Origin: Macrostomum lignano
Lineage: Eukaryota
Reading direction: 5' to 3'
Length of the DNA: 64,000 nt
NCBI GenBank assembly: GCA_002269645.1
Contig: NIVC01000471.1
Location: 62,001 to 126,000, forward strand
Under the pieces are notes generated by a model that was not told the DNA's origin, made no database searches, and saw only the letters and a list, made by a program, of their open reading frames with translations. Positions 54,712 to 64,000 of the stretch are shown in pieces. Position 1 is the stretch's first letter. Every line of letters starts with the position of its first letter. The position numbers and the translations under genes are program-made.

Positions 54712-55775
54712 CCTGGATGTCCAAATTAAGCAACCCGGATGTCCAAATTAAGCAACCCGGGTGTCTAAATGAAGCAACCCGGGTGTCCAAATTAAGCAAC
54801 CCGGATTGCAGTTTTAAGCAACACGGGTGTCTAAATGAAGCAACCCGGGTGTCTAAATGAAGCAACCCGGGTGTCCAAATTAAGCAACCCGGATGTCCAA
54901 ATTAAGCAACCCAGGTGTCTAAATTAAGCAACCCGGGTGTCCAAATTAAGCAACCCGGGTGTCTAAATTAAGCAACCCGGATGTCTAAATTAAGCAACCC
55001 GGATGTCCAAATTAAGCAACCCGGATGTCCAAATTAAGCAACCCAGGTGTCAAAATTAAGCAACCCGGATGTCCAAATTAAGCAACCCGGATGTCCAAAT
55101 TAAGCAACCCGGATGTCCAAATTAAGCAACCCAGGTGTCTAAATTAAGCAACCCGGATGTCCAAATTAAGCAACCCAGGTGTCTAAATTAAGCAACCCGG
55201 ATGTCCAAATCAAGCAACCCAGGTGTCTAAATTAAGCAACCCGGATGTCTAAATTAAGCAACCCGGATGTCTAAATTAAGCAACCCGGATGTCTAAATTA
55301 AGCAACCCGGATGTCCAAATTAAGCAACCCGGATGTCCAAATTAAGCAACCCAGGTGTCAAAATTAAGCAACCCGGATGTCCAAATTAAGCAACCCAGGT
55401 GTCTAAATTAAGCAACCCGGATGTCCAAATCAAGCAACCCAGGTGTCTAAATTAAGCAACCCGGATGTCTAAATTAGGCAACCCGGATGTCCAAATAAAG
55501 CAACTTGGATGTACAAATTAAGCAACCCGGATGTCCAAATTAGGCAACCCGGATGTCCAAATTAGGCAACCCGGATGTCCAAATAAAGCAACTTGGATGT
55601 ACAAATTAAGCAACCCGGATGTCCAAATTAGGCAACCCGGATGCCCAAATAAAGCAACCCGGATGTCCAAATAAAGCAACTTGGATGTACAAATTAAGCA
55701 AGTCCCAGATAACCACAGTAAGCAACCCAGATGTCCACCATAAGCAACCCAAATGACCTCTAAGCAACCCGGATA
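54712..55775. repeat. 22-bp minisatellite (AAGCAACCCGGATGTCCAAATT), about 45 units
   Basis: Directly visible. Confidence 0.95.
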
Positions 55776-56808
55776 TCCAAATTACACAAGATTACATCGA
55801 TGTACCGTTTTTTCTGTTTCACTTTTACAGTAGAATGCGTGACTTTTCACTTTTTCATGTCGGTTTGCTTGAAAAATACTGTAGATTTTATTACTGTTAT
55901 TGAACTAGTTCACCTACTGTAAGTAGCGAGTATTACCTCAACAATTTAGCCAAAATGTAATTTTCCTGTTAAGGGCATTAAAAGCATTAAAAGCATTAAA
56001 GATAATCTTTTTTGTTTTCAAAGTTTTCTGTGAGCTTTAGATAATCTTTTTAGGTTAAAAGAGGCAACAGATCGGAGTTACTTGAAAGAAATCTGACATG
56101 AAACTATTGGATCGTGTTGTGTCGTGTCTAAATTAAAAACCAGTATATCTGTTACTTCCCTAATGTGTCAAATAAGTGTTTCAATTCACTTCATAAATGT
56201 GATGTTCTGATATTTTTACTGAAAGTAGCAGAACTGCAAAATGCAATGAATTTTAAACTGCGTTGAAATTCTTCTTTACCAATATTCTTTACTCAACAAT
56301 TAAGGGATAAGTTCACTCTCATAAGGGCAGATCTGCAAATGCACTGCCGAGTGCATGCCTGATAATGATGAGTTACAATATCTATTTGATCAAATCCAGA
56401 TGATTTTTGAGCAGACTTTAGCGATTTTGAGGCTTGTTAGGTGTGACATGAAACTCCAGGACACGACATGGGACTTCTGCGAGTTTCTGACATAAGGGCA
56501 AGTCAACCAAAGGCTGCGGATGTCAAATGCTGTGGCCACGAATGTGCTGCTGCATGGACTCATAATTCACCTTTCAGACAGCCAGGATAACTGCCACGGC
56601 CCAGACTTCCTGTCCACGCTTGTGTGTCGGGCTTGACTCCCAGAACTACGAGCGTACTTTACCTAACGGCTCTGCTTTGAATTCATTCAGTGTCAAAGAT
56701 TTATGACTAAGTAGGAGTTCTGCTTTGAGTGGCTTTTTTCTTGAAACTGTACTAGTGCAGTTATACATTTTAATAGAAAGGCTCGCGTACACAATCTGCA
56801 TACAAATT

Positions 56809-57918
<1,110 letters not shown>

Positions 57919-58599
57919 AAATGAACCTTAGTAGAGAGGATCAGCTATCGAAATTAGTTAAAATTAATGCATTTTATAGGCAGCCCGATCCGTCAATGCC
58001 TGAGCAGCATGCGTGACTGTGACAGTGCAGTTCAAGTGCTAAATAAGCCAGTAAGGAGTCGATATGTTTCGCTGAATCATACCCTCGTAGATTTGCTTTT
58101 GCAGTGTAATTTAATTATATTTTAAATCCTCGCTCTATCGGCTGCACTGGGCGCCGGAGGCTGTAGCGATCATTATTACAGGAGAATTTTGCAGTCTCTC
58201 AAGGTTGCTTGAACAAAGTTTCATTGGTGTAGAAAGCCTCGTCCAATTAATACGCAACGATGCGAGTTGGTGTTTTTTATTTCATTTAATCGTCTTGGCC
58301 CATTGAGGCAGTTGCTATCGTGTCTTCATCAAGGTATTTTAAATTCGTGTGAGCATTCGTGCAGTTACCAATGACAGCAATAAAAAGTGCTTCCGGAAGC
58401 TTTGGAACTGGTAAGTGAGTCCATGTGTCCTTCATTTGTGCAAATCATATCGGCTGAAACAAAAATTTGAGTAGCCAACGTCAATTATAAATAGTAGATG
58501 TTCATCTTACTTTAAATATCTTGCGTATAATACAAAATCTTTCTAGGGGCACTGACTGTCGCATCTTTAGAGGATTCCTTTGGATTTGAATTTGTATTT

Positions 58600-59290
58600 G
58601 GGCGCCATTTCATTTGAGAAGGCGCCATTTCATTTGGGGGGCGCCATTTCACCTGAGGGGGCGCCATTTCACCTGAAGGGGCGCCATTTCATCTGAGGGG
58701 GTGCCATTTCACCTGAAGGGGCGCCATTTCATTTGAGAAGGCGCCATTTCATTTGAGAAGGCGCCATTTCATTTGAGAAGGCGCCATTTCACCTGAGGGG
58801 CACGATTTTATTTGAGAAGGCGCCATTTCATTTGAGGCGGCGCCATTTCACCTGAAGGGGCGCCATTTCATTTGAGGAAGCGCCATTTCATCTGAGGGGG
58901 CGCCATTTCACCTGAAGGGGCGCGATTTCATTTGAGGAAGCGCCATTTCATCTGAGGGGGCGCCATTTCATCTGAAGGGGCACCATTTCATTTGAAGAAG
59001 CGCCATTTCACCTGAGGGGGCGCCATTTCACCTGAAGGGGCGCCATTTCACCTGAGGAGCGCCATTTCATTTTTGGGGCGCCACTTCATTTAAGGGGCGC
59101 CACTTCATTTAGAGGGGGCGCCCTTTCATCTGAGGGGCGCCATTGCATTTAAGTAAGACGCCATTTTATTTGAAGGGAAATAAGTTTAATTGACTGCATG
59201 AAAAAGCTTTCTTCCCGAGCGATTTCATCTGAAGGGGCGCCATTCCTTTAGAGGGGGCGCCATTTTGTTTGAGGGGGCGCCATTTCACAT
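58600..59290. repeat. About 20-bp minisatellite (GGCGCCATTTCAYYTGARGR)
   Basis: Directly visible. Confidence 0.92.
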
Positions 59291-59967
59291 GAATTTTGAC
59301 TGCACGCGGAAGCTTTCTCCCAGAGAGATTCCCTTTGCATATCATTTGTTTTTTAGCAACCATTCCCTCGCATTCCTTGTCTTATCAATCGACAGTTAAA
59401 CAAAAATTTACGCGAGCAGAAATGATTTTAGTGGAAAACATTGTCCCATTGTTTTATTGCGTACTGGCAATTTTTTTCGAGAATCCTCATCAATTTAAAA
59501 ATAGCTATTTATCCGTCTAATTTAAACAATTACGCTTGTATTAACGCTTCAACGACGCTCGTAGGAAAGATCAAAACTAAGCTTTTTAAACCAATTTGAA
59601 AAAGTACAAAGTTTAGAAAGTTTCTCATGAACCGAGCTCCTGCTTGTACTTTTTGTTTAGTATTTTCTGCTTCAATTTCGTTTACAAGCAACTCAAGATA
59701 CACATTAGTTCATTTTTCTCCGTATCTCTCTCGCTCTCTCAGAAAAGCAATCTTGGGAGTCAACATGAAATTTGCGAATCAGACATTTTCAAAAAAGTGA
59801 AGATTGTTTTCGAAATTTCGTTGCTCTTATTTTCAGACATTTTTTTCGCTTCTGCATTGATCACGTACGATTTGCCAAGCAAAGCTGGCAGCCCCCAGCT
59901 TGCAGACAGTCTGCTTTGAAATATAAGCATGAAAACCTGAATTTTTGTTTTTTTTTCAGGCATTCGT

Positions 59968-60215
59968 TTTAGCGCCACAAGCACTCATTTTAGCGCCGCA
60001 GGCACTCATTTTAGCGCCGCAGGCACTCATTTTAGCACCGCAGGCACTCATTTTAGCGCTGCAGGCACTCATTTTAGCACCGCAGGCACTCATTTTAGCA
60101 CCGCAGGCACTCATTTTAGCGCCGCAGGCACTCATTTTAGCGCCGCAGGCACTCATTTTAGCGCCGCAGGCACTCATTTTAGCGCCGCAGGCACTCATTT
60201 TAGCGCCGCAGGCAC
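59968..60215. repeat. 21-bp minisatellite (GCGCCGCAGGCACTCATTTTA), about 12 units
   Basis: Directly visible. Confidence 0.95.
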
Positions 60216-60553
60216 CATTTTTGTCGCGTTGAAGCAAAATTATTGATTTCCCAAAACAGGTCAACGAAGGTGTCAAGACCTGTCGATATACATGTATGAG
60301 AACGGTTTTGGCGCTCCCTATTGTTGATGTCCTCAAATGATATGACGGCGCCTTCCCAAATATACGCGTCCTTGATTGATTTTAGAGACTTTTCACACCA
60401 GTAGGAATAGAGGAATAGCATGGTTTCTTGATTTTATTCTGCTTTTTGCCTATCATTTTCTACGTGAAACAAAATTGTCGCTAAAAGACGACGTACAGTA
60501 CTGTACACATTTTTTACGACAATAAAAATGCAACTAAAATTTCTCCATCGCAG

Positions 60554-61164
60554 GTGAGCTGGAGAGAGTTGGACAGCCCTGCACTATCGGTAGGGCGCAG
60601 ATGCACCGCAGGTACATCAATCTGCAGGCTGAGACTCGGCTGCCCCTGCAGGCAACACCGGAGCGGCCGTACGCCAACCTGCAGTCTCAGCTGATGGCGG
60701 ACGAAATGCTGGATCCCAGACTCAATTACGCTTATCTTGGTTCGCCACTGAGCAGCCGGCTTCAATCGCACAATAATGAATTGCACGAACAACAGTTCAG
60801 GCCGACCGCCTGTCCCCCTCCAGCTGTGCAGTATGACAGCTTGCAGTACGAATCCCCTGACCCAATTAGTCCCATCATCATCCCAGGCGGTGCTCGCAAC
60901 AGCCCAACCGTATTTGGTAGCTTGTCCGCGCAGTTGGATTATGTTGAACTGGACTTCCGCGCAATGTCAGCTCTGTCCGACACGGCAAGAGAAGTGAGTA
61001 GTCGTCGACGACTGCAGATGCATGATGGTCATTCGACAGGGTTGGAATCTCTGGCGGCAAATAAAATGTATCAGCTGAGCTGGCTACGGAGGCTGCGTCT
61101 GTCTTTTAGACGGCTGCTGCGACGGCTGCAGGTGTGCAGATTTCACGTCAGAGAACGGCAATAG
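60554..61164 (+). CDS. Terminal exon of a phosphotyrosine docking adaptor (FRS2/IRS/Gab-like tail)
   Basis: Phase-1 acceptor at 60553. YxN motifs YINL and YANL, plus LNYAYL and LDYVELDF. No PTB or PH exon found. Confidence 0.5.
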
Positions 61165-63180
61165 GAAGTCATTTTGTAACAATTTGCTTTTGAATTCAGC
61201 AACTGTAACTATAATCACCTCATTGTGGTTTGTTTTGCTCGTGGAATATAGAATTGATCTTGACTCGATTCGATTATTCATTAGTTGAGATTTGATATAA
61301 GAATTAGATCTGCCTTATTATTTAACTGTTTCATTGTTGGAACTCGGAATGTTTCACAGGGTTGGATTTCCTATGTAACACATGTAACCTTACCGTACGA
61401 GCTAATGCAAATGCACACAAAATTATACTGTACAGAATTGTGATGTTGTATATTCGAGCTAATTGAATTCCAAGCTTTGTCCTCATGTAACTAATACTTG
61501 AAGAAATATAATTTTCTTCGTCATTGAATTATTTATCCACCCATTAAAACATTAATTATTACTTAAGCTCTAAATTAATTTTTACACTTTTACTCGGGGT
61601 GGTCCGAAAGAACTGAAAGTTGCAAATCTTTGTGGCGAAAGTAGAAATTCCAATTAGAAGGGGCTGCATACAAGTATTTGGCGGCTGTATGTATATAACA
61701 GACAGCGGGGGTTCTGAACCCTGTACTAAATTTTCTTTTTATTTAATTCATAGACCTGCTGCGCTTTATACGTTCGATCTTCAAAAGCTTTGGGACTTTA
61801 TTATCTTTATCCGAAAAGCATCTTTAAAATTCTAAACTCTGCCCTTGATCAAACCCTTGGTTGCCAGCTTGGCTGTGATCGGCATGGGGCAAACCGAGAT
61901 GTCAAAATCAAATATGGCGTTAATTATTTTAGCCGCTTGGAAACATATTTGAAAATTTTCAATTTATCAGCTATAGCAAAGTCTTAATATTTGCATATAA
62001 AAATACTTGAAAAAAGATCACTATAGTTGATTTTTAAATTACATAAAAAATCACATAAAAATTTTTCGATTTAATAACTATGGGCGAAGTGGTTTTCTTT
62101 CTTTTTTGTTTCCCTACTATAATTCTTACGACCAATTTCTTGATATAATGTGGTAGGCGCGGGCACGGCCTCCCACTGCGCGTAATCCACCGGCTGGATG
62201 ACTCAATGAACCGTCATTCCCGGCGTGGAAATCTGTGACACTCAATGTAACTTTCCTTCCCACCCCCTGGCTAAGTTTTGTTTTTCCGTGCTTTTCCCTG
62301 GGGTCCACCCGGTGCTATTTTCGTCACCACCCGGTGTACCCGATCTTTTCCATTGCGTGTAACTCTCTTCCCACCCGGGGTAACCCGCTTCCTCCCGGTG
62401 GTTCCTGAGAGCCTAATTTAAGAGTCTGCGCCCCGCCTTTCCCAGCCAGACTCTCGTGACCTTTGCCCGAACTCCTGAGGATTCAGTATACCCTACTCAG
62501 ACCATTACGAGAGGCCCCATATTTTGTAAGCCCAACCTCCCGACCCGACCAGCTCCTCGCCTTTTCAATTTAACAGTTTGACAGCAACATGTAAGTTTTA
62601 ATCATTGCTTATAGTGCGTGCAACCTAAGTTTTAATAATAATCTAGTTATCCAGCTTCGGCCATTATTTATTCTCGGCCTGACTTTATTGTGTGTGAAAC
62701 GGTGTCTTAGCCTTCGTGACCTCGGAAGCACTCTATTTAGACCTTAGAGGTCTACTGAGAAGCGCTAGAGCAAACTCAAGCTAGTTTCAAGCTTTAGAGC
62801 TTTCCCGCGTACAATCGCGGTGGTGGCAGCGACTTTTAGTAATCACTCTCGACGAATTAGCTTATTTTGAAGTGCCCCTATTCGGCTACAAATCTCTGCA
62901 TTCGGCATTCTGAACGTCGGCAACACTAGACCGCTCAGCCGCGACCACAGCTACCCTCCCCCTGAGCCTGAGGAACTCAGCAGCGGAGCTCCCTGTCATC
63001 TACAAGCCGGAATCTTCGTTAAGTTTGTTTGAAACGACAAAGCGCACCGATTCGAACGGACGAGAACGAACGAATTTCAACCTACCGACTACAACCAGTT
63101 TTTCAAACCCCCCGACCTCAATAACAATATTTTATTTTTAGTTCAACCACTTTAACCTAAGAGTTTTTTCATCACAAAAG

Positions 63181-63208
63181 ATGTCAATCCAGAATCTTCA
63201 GCGATATG
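63181..63208 (+). CDS. EIF1: Probable first coding exon of translation initiation factor eIF1 (SUI1)
   Basis: MSIQNLQRY then a phase-1 GTAAG donor. Animal eIF1 starts MS(A)IQNL..DPFAD, so the G would begin the Asp codon. Only 28 nt are visible. Confidence 0.5.
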
Positions 63209-64000
63209 GTAAGCTTTGACTTTTGGTTATTTTGATTATTTTACTATTTCTATTTTTGTACTTGCCAAAACAAAGTGTCAATTTAATTGGGCTGTGTGAG
63301 CTTAAGCCTAGTGATAGGAGAAATTAGGCCCCCCTACATTATTGACAATTTGACTGCAAAAAAATTGTTTTAAAAGTATTTCTTGTGGCCATTTAGTCAT
63401 TGCAAGCGATGATCAGGGACAATCAGTTGAAACTTAATAAGATAAGGTTTGTAACAACTTCACAGATATAATTTAAAAATCAATTTAAAACTAAATAATT
63501 ATAAATAAACTGAACAATTTTATGCTGTTAAATGTGTCTTCCATCACAATAAATGCATTTTGGCATGCATTTAGGGGGAAAATAATTAGCATGATAACAT
63601 GCACTTCTTTATAGCCCATTACACTAGGCCTATTATATTATCATTAGCTGTCTTTTGCCTTATATTTTTTATTCCAGACTCTGGAAGGTTAAGCCTACAT
63701 GTGTGCCAGAAATTTCTAATATACAAATGAGCTCTTTCAAAGTTGGCATATAATTTAACATGTAAACTTATACCAATTTTGGTATAAAATATTTTTTGTT
63801 TAAAAATAAATGGCAGTGACCATAGTCTATTTGTCCGGTACTGGATAAATAAAAGTGAAGTTATTTGTCTGGCACAGTATGGACGTGGATATATAATAAA
63901 AACTTATAAAATATAGGGAATACTCAAAAAAGTAGTATAGGCCCCTATAGTTCACTTTTAGGCTAGAAGTAGAAAATATTTGTTATGATTAGATAGTGCT

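Noticed and set aside
62140-63170. LTR-like composition upstream of the eIF1 exon
   Set aside because: No termini or TSD seen; equally consistent with promoter and 5' UTR.

Overview
Eukaryotic (invertebrate-like) genomic DNA in two halves. About 1-33 kb is a rearranged nest of mobile DNA dominated by remnants of a Polinton/Maverick (adintovirus-like) endogenous virus. It carries a protein-primed DNA polymerase B whose three catalytic motifs are each cut by a GT-AG intron, and whose N-terminal exons are inverted relative to the catalytic part. It also carries a tandem PC4-like ssDNA-binding ORF, penton and hexon C-terminal remnants, two PLA2X phospholipase copies, a RING ORF, an intron-containing RecQ helicase pseudogene and small TATA-driven orphan genes, interleaved with piggyBac, two hAT transposase fragments and a TGT..ACA insertion. 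I did not recognise an integrase, packaging ATPase, adenain protease or paired Polinton TIRs. About 33-64 kb is host-like: hAT MITEs with 8-bp TSDs, a C2H2 zinc-finger gene, CCDC24, an orphan two-exon gene, a three-exon neuropeptide-precursor-like gene missed by the ORF track, a docking-adaptor-like terminal exon and a probable eIF1 first exon, separated by many micro- and minisatellites. All family calls come from manual motif recognition, not database searches.
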